The notes under the pieces: generated by a model
Database searches by the model: none
The model's input: only the letters and a program-made list of their open reading frames with translations
What the model was told of the DNA's origin: nothing
Shown: piece by piece, positions 19,507 to 27,750 of the stretch
Position numbering within the stretch: the first letter of the stretch is position 1
How the letters are laid out: every line of letters begins with the position of its first letter
Source: an uncultured Acidobacteriota bacterium
GTDB taxonomy: Bacteria; Acidobacteriota; B3-B38; Guanabaribacteriales; CAZYAF01
DNA length: 64,000 nt
Assembly: GCA_964645975.1 (NCBI GenBank)
Contig: CAZYAF010000011.1
Span: 11,057-75,056, forward strand
Direction of reading: 5' to 3'
Position numbers and translations under genes: made by a program

Positions 19507-19671
19507 TTATTTTTCAGCCAGTCGTTTTAATACTGGCTCATACTTCTTAGCAATAGCTTTAACTGCTTCCCGAAATTCGGGCGACACTTTCGCTTCGTAT
19601 TCTGCTCTCTTTTTCGCAATGATTGCTCTATATTCTTTATCACTAATTTTACCAGAAGTAGCCTTCTTCAC
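19507..19671 (-). CDS. Small basic protein resembling the C-terminal helix of Doc-partner antidotes
   Basis: GTG start at 19671 after a purine-rich RBS; SPEFREAVKAIAKKYEPVLKRLAEK. Confidence 0.45.
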   Translation of the reverse strand: MKKATSGKISDKEYRAIIAKKRAEYEAKVSPEFREAVKAIAKKYEPVLKRLAEK

Positions 19672-19736
19672 TTTTCCACCCCTTTTTCTAAAGTTTAATT
19701 CCATTTTGTATGAATGTCAAAGTAATGTTTTTTCGA

Positions 19737-19905
19737 AGCCAGCACAGCTGGTTTGGCAGCAATGCTGCTCCGTTATTTTTCTCCAATGGACTCCCGTGTA
19801 GGGACAGGCGGCACAGCCGCTTTGCCAGCACTGCTGGTTAGTTATTACCATCAACGGCAATCCGTGTAGGGAAAGGCCTTGTGTCTGTCCGCCCAGCAAC
19901 GCTGG
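19737..19905. repeat. REP-like palindrome cluster
   Basis: gtagggacaggcggcacagccgc (19798-19820), gtagggaaaggccttgtgtctgtccgc (19866-19892), hairpins gcagcaatgctgc, ccagcactgctgg, ccagcaacgctgg. Confidence 0.8.
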
Positions 19906-20174
19906 TTTGTTATAAAAAATTCTTAGATTTAATAATGTCTATATATGAATATCAGTTACAAACGGGGATTATAACAAAGAAGCAACGCTTCTGTCAGAAA
20001 AAGCGAAGCTTTTTATTGATCTAAAAGAATACCGAAAGTAGATAGTATAAGCTAAAATTTCATTATAGGTAAGGTTATTAATAGGCTGGATTTAGAGAAG
20101 AATAGATATAATTTATGTTCGTTTGGAAAGAAAGGATGCTTTTTCATAAAAAATTGTGGTATTTCTTAAACTAA

Positions 20175-20801
20175 CTAATCCGTACCTTTCGGGCGGAAGA
20201 AATATATGTAGTGATTAGGTTCTGGTAAAATATTTTCAATCTTGATTAGCTTAAAGCCAGCCTGTTCAACTTTCTTGAGAAGTTTTTCCTTTGATAATAA
20301 AAATGAATCGTATTCTACGATAACTAAGATACCATTCGACTTCAAGGTAGGAATAATATTTCTTACGAGTTCAACTGGTTTTGTGAGGTCATGGTATACA
20401 CTAATCATAAAGGCTATGTCCAACACCCCCTTGGGAATGTTAGTCTCGGTAACCTCTCCGAGAACGGTTACAACATTTTTAAAGCCGTGTTGTTTACAGC
20501 GTCTTTCAAGGTGCTGAAGCGCAGACTTGTCAATGTCATTGGCATACACCTTGCCAGTTTCTCCTACTCTATCCGCGAACCAGAAAGTAAAGCGTCCCCT
20601 GCCAGCACCAATATCGCCAATCACCATCACCGGTTTTAAATCCATGGCGTCCATAATTTTTTCCGGCGGGTGAAGTCTGTTAAGCTTTTTTTCCAAGGAA
20701 GTTTCGGTAAATTCTTTCTTTTGCTGAGTAAGGGATATGGACATGATTATAAAAGATAAAATGATGAATAAGAATAAAGAGTTTTTTGCATATTTTTTCA
20801 T
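20175..20801 (-). CDS. Class I SAM-dependent methyltransferase-fold protein with N-terminal signal/TM segment
   Basis: DIGAGRG motif I, VYANDID, LKSNGILVIVE. Confidence 0.8.
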   Translation of the reverse strand: MKKYAKNSLFLFIILSFIIMSISLTQQKKEFTETSLEKKLNRLHPPEKIMDAMDLKPVMVIGDIGAGRGRFTFWFADRVGETGKVYANDIDKSALQHLERRCKQHGFKNVVTVLGEVTETNIPKGVLDIAFMISVYHDLTKPVELVRNIIPTLKSNGILVIVEYDSFLLSKEKLLKKVEQAGFKLIKIENILPEPNHYIYFFRPKGTD

Positions 20802-20815
20802 GGTAAAATCTTTTC

Positions 20816-21457
20816 TTAGTTTTTCTTTTTAGGACGGAAGTAGTAGATGTAATCTCTTTCCAGAAAGTCATCAATTTTAATCAATTCATAGCCGGCCTGG
20901 TCTACTTGATTGATGAGCTTTTCCTTTGCCGTTGACTCATGGGATCTATAACCCGATTTTATCGGGTCGTGCTCCACGATCACCAGTATGCCATCGGGTT
21001 TCAGCGTGGGAATTATGCTCCTTATCAGCTCCACTGGCTTATCCAGGTGGTGATACACATTAATCATGAAGGCAATGTCCAGCACTCCCTCGGGGATGTT
21101 GGTCTCAACCACCTCACCCAGCACAATGATGATATTTTTAAATCCATGTCCCTTGCAGCGCCGTTCCAGGTGGCGAAGCGACCGCTCGCTTATATCATTG
21201 GCATATACCCTGCCGCTTTCTCCTACTCTATCGGCAAACCACACTGCAAAGCGGCCGGTGCCAGCACCTATGTCTCCAATCACCATACCCGGCTTCAGGC
21301 CCATGGTATCCATAATCTGTACCGGCGGCTGTATGCGATTGAGCCACCTCTCCCAGCTCTCGGCATAGTCTTTGTTCTGCTGAGTGCAGGCAGTGCTCAT
21401 TTCCGTGAGAGAGAGGAAGAGCGTGAGCAGCAGGATTGCCTTCAGCAGCTTTTTCAT
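20816..21457 (-). CDS. Class I SAM-dependent methyltransferase-fold protein with signal peptide (paralog)
   Basis: DIGAGTG, VYANDIS, NVYHH, LKPDGILVIVE; visibly more GC-rich than its neighbour. Confidence 0.8.
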   Translation of the reverse strand: MKKLLKAILLLTLFLSLTEMSTACTQQNKDYAESWERWLNRIQPPVQIMDTMGLKPGMVIGDIGAGTGRFAVWFADRVGESGRVYANDISERSLRHLERRCKGHGFKNIIIVLGEVVETNIPEGVLDIAFMINVYHHLDKPVELIRSIIPTLKPDGILVIVEHDPIKSGYRSHESTAKEKLINQVDQAGYELIKIDDFLERDYIYYFRPKKKN

Positions 21458-21676
21458 GGGAGCCTCTCTCCCGCTTGAATATACCGGGTTGTAGTGATGT
21501 TTACTTTTAGAAGAGTTACCCTCATCGGATTTGATTAATAATTATTAAGTTTTGTCTGGTTACTATCAGTCTCATGCTGTTATTGCTATGCTCATAGTGA
21601 CCGTTAATGTTAACGTCACCCCTTTTTATAGAGGACTATCCTTTTTTGTTGTAGACCATGGTATGAGGTTCGTAGC

Positions 21677-22069
21677 TTAGGAATGCGTCCGGGGCACACG
21701 GAACAGATAGAATTCGCCCTTCTTGCCGGCATGCTTCACACAGCCAGAAATAGTAACCTCGCCGCACTGTCCGTCAAAATAGAGCGTCCCGCTGCCATTG
21801 AGCACAATGAACTCCATGTTGGTGTGATTGAGGTTGACCGGAATCTGAGTGAGTTCGGTCTCATCCTCGAATGGAAAGCCGATGGTCGCTTTCATCATAC
21901 CCATGTTATTATTCTCAAAGTGAGCATTCATGTATATCCATTTGTCGCCCAACTTATAGCCGCCTATCCACTGTCCCTCGATATCCGTGGTTTTGATCTT
22001 AGCTCCCGCACAGAAAGTAGCAAAGAGAAACATGGTGGCTAACAATAAGGTTGTTACTGTGGTCTTCAT
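21677..22069 (-). CDS. Exported hypothetical protein
   Basis: MKTTVTTLLLATMFLFATFCAG signal; IEGQWIG beta-rich domain; RBS gaaaggag. Confidence 0.65.
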   Translation of the reverse strand: MKTTVTTLLLATMFLFATFCAGAKIKTTDIEGQWIGGYKLGDKWIYMNAHFENNNMGMMKATIGFPFEDETELTQIPVNLNHTNMEFIVLNGSGTLYFDGQCGEVTISGCVKHAGKKGEFYLFRVPRTHS

Positions 22070-22162
22070 TATCCTTTCTCCTTTCAAAATAGGTGATGAT
22101 TTAGTTTCTTTCGCTGTGAATCATGGTGACTAACCAATCCACTTATCATCGACCCTCCACTG

Positions 22163-22195
22163 TATATAGACGAACTTAGAGCTGAAAAAGTTTAC
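22163..22195 (-). promoter_or_regulatory. ECF-sigma-like promoter
   Basis: Minus strand GTAAAC-N17-CGTCTATA upstream of the 22069 gene. Confidence 0.5.
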
Positions 22196-22311
22196 TTTTT
22201 TATGAATTTTTTAATATTTTTTAGCGGATATTTAATTTTTCGCTGATTTTATGCTGTAATACAACGCTGGATAAATCATTATTCTTGCTGGTTTCTACGA
22301 AGGAATACCGT

Positions 22312-22716
22312 GTAGGGACAGGGCTTGCCCCTGTCCGGCGGCCCATCTTGTCTTCAATGTTTTTATGTTAATAAAGTTGAATAGTCATCGAATGGATAAA
22401 TAACGAGGAGGCTGTGCCTCTGTAGGGACAGGCCTTGCGTCTGTCCGGCGGCACAGCCGCTTGGTTATTATGTACATTCCAATCCTGGCATATTGTTATA
22501 CAAATATTATTTTGTTAATTATAGAGACGTAGGGACAGGCAGCAATGCTGCTTTGCTATTAAATAATTGGAATATTTATTTTTGTCCCTTTAAAAATATG
22601 ATTTTGAATATAGTATTACAGAGAGGCCATGCCTCCCCTGTCCGATGCAGCTTTAGCTGCTTATATTTTTTCATTCAACGATAGGCAGTATAGGGACAGC
22701 CTATTTGGCTGTCCGC
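22312..22716. repeat. Dense REP-like (GTAG family) cluster
   Basis: gtagggacagggcttgcccctgtccg (22312), gtagggacaggccttgcgtctgtccg plus gcggcacagccgc (22422-22460), gtagggacaggcagcaatgctgc (22529), 46-bp copy (22618-22663), tagggacagcctatttggctgtccgc (22691). Confidence 0.85.
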
Positions 22717-22762
22717 AAAAAGCTTTATATTGTAGATTTATATTATTAAGTGTTTTTTTATT

Positions 22763-24004
22763 CTAAATATTTTCCTTTTTAGGTACATTAAAAGCCATAA
22801 TAGTAAGATAAACCTCTTTGTTAGCATCTTCTGGTTGATGGAATATATATTTAGATATTGTTTCACTTTTTTTCTCAAGCTCACATTTAAAACATTTATG
22901 TTGTGTTACAGCTTCGGGGATTTTTATTAATACTTCACTGAAATTTTTCCTTCTGTTAAATACTAATATTGCAGTTTTTGTATCTCTCCAACTTAAGTAA
23001 CTTAGGAGTTGATCGATTTTATCTAACAAACTTTTTTTACCTTCCCAAAACATGCATTCAGCAATGAATACATTTTTACCTTCATATCGAATTAAGATGT
23101 CGGTTTTGCCTTCATAATTAAAAGTTTCTCCAGTAGCTAATCCTTCATAATGTCCATTAAGATGTACTAAGAAATGCATTCGTAAATCTTCTTCCTTCAT
23201 ATTTGCAAAAGAGCTTGGACTTCTTTCCATAACAAGAACCATATTCTGTAATATTTTTAAAATATGTTCATAATTTTTCATATCAAGAGTTGGTTCAGGC
23301 TTAAATTGTTCAGTTGTGGCTTCTGGTAACTTAATTTGTGGCTTTCTTTTTATTTCTGGAATCACATAAGTTTCAGGAAGGTTATTTCTCTGTTCAATAG
23401 GTATTCCTAAAGATTTGACAAGATTTAAATCTTTAAGTAATTTTTCCTTTCTCCAATTTATAATTTCTTTTATACTTTGCTCTAAAGAGTTGTTAAAGTT
23501 TTCTGCATCTTTTTTTATCCATTGAGAATATTTGTTAATCTTATTCATATCATTTAATATCAGCTCTTTAAGCTTATTAGAATCATGTTCAACCATTTCA
23601 TAAGTTAAATGTATTTTTTGTTCTCTTATTTCCCCACGAGGTGGATTGAAGCTACGAGTTGAAGGTATATATTGAAAAAGCCAGCCATCACCTTCATAGG
23701 GTATAGCGATATTTATTGATATTCCTTTTATATAAACAGGTTTTTCATCATTCATAATCATTCTTTCTGGATCATTGCTTACATCAATATCTACTTCTGT
23801 ATCGTTATGAATATATTTATTTTCTTCATTAATTATAATAGGTTTGATTGTATATTTATTTAATAAAGAATCTATTAGATCAGTTTCGCTTACATTAAGT
23901 AGATAATTTCGATCTAAATTTACAATTTCAGATTTTATTTCATACTTTATGCTATCCAATTTATCAATTAGATTACCATTTCTGTAAAATAATAAATTTT
24001 GCAT
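22763..24004 (-). CDS. Protein with C-terminal PD-(D/E)XK restriction-endonuclease-like domain (putative defence)
   Basis: EEDLRMH...GETFNYEGKTDILIR...FIAECMFW...IDQLLSYLSWRD; strongly AT-rich. Confidence 0.6.
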   Translation of the reverse strand: MQNLLFYRNGNLIDKLDSIKYEIKSEIVNLDRNYLLNVSETDLIDSLLNKYTIKPIIINEENKYIHNDTEVDIDVSNDPERMIMNDEKPVYIKGISINIAIPYEGDGWLFQYIPSTRSFNPPRGEIREQKIHLTYEMVEHDSNKLKELILNDMNKINKYSQWIKKDAENFNNSLEQSIKEIINWRKEKLLKDLNLVKSLGIPIEQRNNLPETYVIPEIKRKPQIKLPEATTEQFKPEPTLDMKNYEHILKILQNMVLVMERSPSSFANMKEEDLRMHFLVHLNGHYEGLATGETFNYEGKTDILIRYEGKNVFIAECMFWEGKKSLLDKIDQLLSYLSWRDTKTAILVFNRRKNFSEVLIKIPEAVTQHKCFKCELEKKSETISKYIFHQPEDANKEVYLTIMAFNVPKKENI

Positions 24005-24055
24005 TTTTAAATCATATAATATACATTTAAAGTTTTAATATAATAACGTAGTTAT

Positions 24056-24931
24056 TTAAAAAATCCTAGATTTTAATGCTTTTTCAATTAGGTAGTTAAT
24101 GAAAGCAGAGCAGGAGACGAGCATATACTTTGCATCTTCGAAATAAATCTTCGCTTCATCAAGCATAGCATGTCGTATGCCTTCTTCATCACTAGTATAT
24201 CCATAGATTTTTTCAAATCCATCCTTTAGCGCTTTATGTATAGTAATTTTACCTTTCTTCTCTATTGATTTCAAAGCGTTACCAAGAGTAGCTTTATCAT
24301 CTCCTGAAATAATTTTACATATAGATTCAACAGCACTTATTGATTCTTTAATAGAATTCCTATAATCAGGATTTTTTCTATCAGATAATTTAGATAATGA
24401 ATCCTCAATATGCTTGGTTACTCCGGTTAATTTAAACTCCTTGCTTCTATCAATAGCTTCTTCTATTTCATTTATCTCACTTTCATTGGTAATTGGAGTT
24501 ATTAGATTACCAACAAATCGGTAACCTGAGCATTCTCGCTCCAATATAATATTACATTCTTTTTTGTATTCATCACTAAAAAAGGGGAATTCGAGATTAG
24601 CAATAAATTGTATAAAACTATAAACTTCATGCCATTCACACTTTAAAAACCATTCCCTAATGCCACGATAAATTGGTGAAACATCATTAGTTAAGTTATC
24701 AATTGGTGTCTTGAAAAAGTCACTCCATATTTTTCTAGAAAATTGTATTAAATAATAATCTTTTCTATTGTTTCTTTTTATGTTAATTAAATGAATGAAC
24801 CTTAAATAAAATATATTTAACAAAGAATTTCTTAAATCATCATCCATCGAATCAATCTGAAGTTTTGTTTTAATAGGTTTTTTTCCTATTCTTTGAGAGA
24901 ATGTAAGATTTTTTTTCTTTCCTTTATGCAT
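24056..24931 (-). CDS. AbiJ-N-terminal-like domain plus HEPN-like C-terminal domain (putative abortive infection)
   Basis: FSQRIG...LQIDSMDDDLRN N-terminus; SIKESISAVES and YGYTSDEEGIRHAM C-terminus; AT-rich. Confidence 0.65.
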   Translation of the reverse strand: MHKGKKKNLTFSQRIGKKPIKTKLQIDSMDDDLRNSLLNIFYLRFIHLINIKRNNRKDYYLIQFSRKIWSDFFKTPIDNLTNDVSPIYRGIREWFLKCEWHEVYSFIQFIANLEFPFFSDEYKKECNIILERECSGYRFVGNLITPITNESEINEIEEAIDRSKEFKLTGVTKHIEDSLSKLSDRKNPDYRNSIKESISAVESICKIISGDDKATLGNALKSIEKKGKITIHKALKDGFEKIYGYTSDEEGIRHAMLDEAKIYFEDAKYMLVSCSAFINYLIEKALKSRIF

Positions 24932-24975
24932 TTTTCTTTCATTTTAAAGATTTCTATTAATATAATTATACCATC

Positions 24976-25023
24976 ATTATATATAAACGACAAAAAGGGG
25001 GGTGTATTACAGGTTTTTAAAAA
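24976..25023 (-). promoter_or_regulatory. Conserved promoter-bearing repeat, copy A
   Basis: Minus strand tttttaaaaacc-TGTAAT-acacccccctttttgt-CGTTTA-tata; near-identical at 25896 and 27493. Confidence 0.75.
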
Positions 25024-25194
25024 TAATAGTGATGTATTTAGTCATCTTTCCTCTAACCATAATTACCTTTCAGTGTTATAGCTGTGGGATTACTATCGTG
25101 GGATATCTTTCAGGAATGCAGCATGGACATACCATTATCATTGGACTTAATAACTAAATCCTTTTCTGATTGGCTATTGTCTGAGCTATTTGCG

Positions 25195-25746
25195 CTATTC
25201 AGGAATTAGATAGCCGCGCAGAATCAGGTGTTGAAGCCCAAAGGGAGGTCCTTGAGGACCGGGAAAAAGATCGGGACATATCCTTGCCTTCGATGACACG
25301 ACAAACCCGCTGGTCATGCTCTCACTTATTCCCCCTTCTCCGAACTGGTTGAGAATTACGGTGGACTCAAATACCCTCCGCATATTAGGATGAGGATGAG
25401 GCCCCGGGTGATCTGTTACCTCCGCTAAATTGTAAATCATTAAGCGCAGTATCATCATTTTGTAAGCCTGCTCTTCATAATGGTATTGCCAGTCTACGTC
25501 TGTAATGACAAGCATCTTCCCCTGGGGAATCCTGAAGAAACTGCTCGCTCTTGTGCCATCGGGCAGAGTTCTTATAAAATCCCACTTAGCCACACCACAG
25601 CCTTCTACTGCACCACCAACGACTTCCAGCACCACATGCTCACTTGGTGGTACTCCCATATGAGTGGTATTTGTTGGGGGCGCAGGACAAGCAACCAGCC
25701 ACAGAATGGCTGAAAAGATAATGAAGCTTTTTATTATTTTATCCAT
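25195..25746 (-). CDS. Hypothetical lipoprotein
   Basis: Lipobox LVAC after a hydrophobic signal; beta-rich domain. Confidence 0.7.
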   Translation of the reverse strand: MDKIIKSFIIFSAILWLVACPAPPTNTTHMGVPPSEHVVLEVVGGAVEGCGVAKWDFIRTLPDGTRASSFFRIPQGKMLVITDVDWQYHYEEQAYKMMILRLMIYNLAEVTDHPGPHPHPNMRRVFESTVILNQFGEGGISESMTSGFVVSSKARICPDLFPGPQGPPFGLQHLILRGYLIPE

Positions 25747-25895
25747 AATCAAACCTCCACATATATGTTATGGATACACTCTCTCTTCTAAAAAATGTTA
25801 AGTCTTATAAATTATTATTATTAATGAAGATATAAATAAGCTCTTCTTTATTAAAGATGTCTTTTATTATGTAGATAAAAGGCCCTCTACTATGT

Positions 25896-25937
25896 TAAAC
25901 GACAAAAAGGGGGGTTATATTACAGGTTTTTAAAAAA
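25896..25937 (-). promoter_or_regulatory. Conserved promoter-bearing repeat, copy B
   Basis: taaacgacaaaaaggggggttatattacaggtttttaaaaaa on the plus strand. Confidence 0.75.
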
Positions 25938-25999
25938 AGTGGCTTTGTTTTATCAGCATATTTTTATAAAAAGCTTATTCCCCTCTTGGATAAAACTTT

Positions 26000-26614
26000 T
26001 TATTCAGCGAAGATGGCTGCTATCAGGTTATTGCCGAAGGTGTAGACGGTGTCTTCGAAGTGTTCCAGGTGTTTCTGGCAGGTTTGGAATTCGCGGGTTA
26101 ATGCACTTGATTTATCCTTCACGCTATATCTGGTGGCCAGGTTGCCGATATGCTGGTGCAGGGCCTGCGATTCGTCCATCAACTTGCACCATTGCTCCTC
26201 TATGCTGGAGAGAGCTGCTGAAGACTCTTGGTCGATAAAGAGCAATCGTAACTGGCTGCGGATGACGATGGCGTTTTTGAACCAATCGTTGGACACCCGG
26301 TTGTAGTCATCTATAATCAGCTTTTGCTGCTGCACATTGGAGATGGAATATTCATAGATGGAGATGACCCGCTGCACCGCCACAATGTATTCCGAGGTCT
26401 GGTCGAATATCCTGTTATACAGGCTCTCCCAGGCCTTTTGATGCGCTTGTATGCGGGCGTATTCCTGCTCCAGCCTGGCTTGGTAGGTATATTCCTTCTT
26501 ATGCCAGTAGTAGGTCAGGAAGCTGCCGATTACGCCGGTCAGCAAAAAACCGATGACCGTTACCATAAGGGCCGAATCGTACCATAGGGTGGTTTTCTCA
26601 CTTGATTTTGCCAT
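26000..26614 (-). CDS. Hypothetical single-TM protein with helical soluble domain
   Basis: N-terminal TM VTVIGFLLTGVIGSFLTYYW; visibly GC-richer than its flanks. Confidence 0.7.
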   Translation of the reverse strand: MAKSSEKTTLWYDSALMVTVIGFLLTGVIGSFLTYYWHKKEYTYQARLEQEYARIQAHQKAWESLYNRIFDQTSEYIVAVQRVISIYEYSISNVQQQKLIIDDYNRVSNDWFKNAIVIRSQLRLLFIDQESSAALSSIEEQWCKLMDESQALHQHIGNLATRYSVKDKSSALTREFQTCQKHLEHFEDTVYTFGNNLIAAIFAE

Positions 26615-26636
26615 TGCCTTTACTCTCCCTTAGTTA

Positions 26637-27425
26637 TCATTCTTTCTTAAGGTGATAGACAATCTTCACTTCTTCTCCCGGCTTGAATGATTTCACTCTG
26701 ATTTCCGCATGGATATCGTCATGATACGACTCGTAGATATACACATGATTTTTCACAATCAGGGAGCAGTCACAATAGCCACTGAGGGGGTAATTAATAT
26801 CGCATAAGCTTTTGTTACCCTGCTCCCCGACTGAGGATATCCCTCCTTTACCTCTTCGAGAATAGAGATGTTCGTCCTGGAAATATATATCCGCTGCCTC
26901 CTTCTCAACTACATCACCGCTGCTGAATGCCAGTCCCTGCGCGTTTTTCAAAACAATTTCTCTTGTTTCGCATTGTTCCTCTTCTTCAACCGCTCCTTCG
27001 GTATCCGCTTCCTCATCTGGAGGCCAGGGGAGATCAGGGTCAGCTTCTGCGGAACGGAGGTCCAATTGATAAGAGCTTACTGCAAAGCCCTCTAATACCA
27101 GCCTTAGATCGATTATCCCTGATGGGGCTTGTTCTTTTCGAAGAGACATGCGGAAATGACCAGTCTCCGTAGTAGTTAACGAATAGGGTATGCCTGATTT
27201 ATCAACAAAGGAAATAGTTACTCCGGGTATGGGTTTGCCTTCAGAATCGGTAACCTCTCCTTTTATTTCCGCCTTATTTCCCTTTATGTTTATATCAGTA
27301 ATATTTACATTTAAAGGTTTGCTTTCTTCTGGCTGTTGTTGGCAACCGAAGAGCAGGAAAAAACTGAGAGAAGAGATGAGGAGCGATATTATTATGGATA
27401 CAAATATATCTCTTTTTATATTCAT
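26637..27425 (-). CDS. Lipoprotein with carboxypeptidase-regulatory-like domain
   Basis: Lipobox LFGC; IKGEVTDSEGKPIPGVTI...TTETGHF; acidic linker; RBS gagga before ATG 27425. Confidence 0.7.
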   Translation of the reverse strand: MNIKRDIFVSIIISLLISSLSFFLLFGCQQQPEESKPLNVNITDINIKGNKAEIKGEVTDSEGKPIPGVTISFVDKSGIPYSLTTTETGHFRMSLRKEQAPSGIIDLRLVLEGFAVSSYQLDLRSAEADPDLPWPPDEEADTEGAVEEEEQCETREIVLKNAQGLAFSSGDVVEKEAADIYFQDEHLYSRRGKGGISSVGEQGNKSLCDINYPLSGYCDCSLIVKNHVYIYESYHDDIHAEIRVKSFKPGEEVKIVYHLKKE

Positions 27426-27492
27426 GATGAAACTCCTCAATTTATAGTAGTTAGCTAAGTTAAAAGAATGCTTTTCTTATTATAGCTTATCT

Positions 27493-27529
27493 ATTATATA
27501 TAAACGACAAAAAGAGGGGGTGTATTACA
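27493..27529 (-). promoter_or_regulatory. Conserved promoter-bearing repeat, copy C
   Basis: attatatataaacgacaaaaagagggggtgtattaca on the plus strand. Confidence 0.75.
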
Positions 27530-27626
27530 ATTTGGTGTGATTTTTTTTGTGGGGAGGGATTAATTCAGTTTATGTGTGGATGGTTTTTGTTGAGGGGCAA
27601 AGTGGTGTCGTTCGGTTGAATGTTAT

Positions 27627-27735
27627 CGTGGCTTCTTTGTAATTTATTGTATATAAAGCATTTCAGTTTAGCTAAGGAAGCTGGATTTGTATGGGGATGC
27701 ACATATAACCAGGCGGCTGTGCCGCCTGTCTCTGC
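27627..27735. repeat. REP-like modules (reverse orientation)
   Basis: aggcggctgtgccgcctgtctctgc (27711-27735) is the reverse of the gtagggacaggcggcacagccgc type; cgtggcttctttgtaat (27627-27643) is the reverse of the module near 311. Confidence 0.65.
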
Positions 27736-27750
27736 TGCAGATTATATGGA

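Noticed and set aside
22312-22716. CRISPR array
   Set aside because: Repeats are palindromic but vary in sequence, length and spacing, with no constant repeat-spacer period; the nearby Cas4-like gene has no cas partners.
25030-25190. Possible degraded gene fragment (WYVHAAFLKDIP on the minus strand)
   Set aside because: Multiple stops and too short to assign without a database search.
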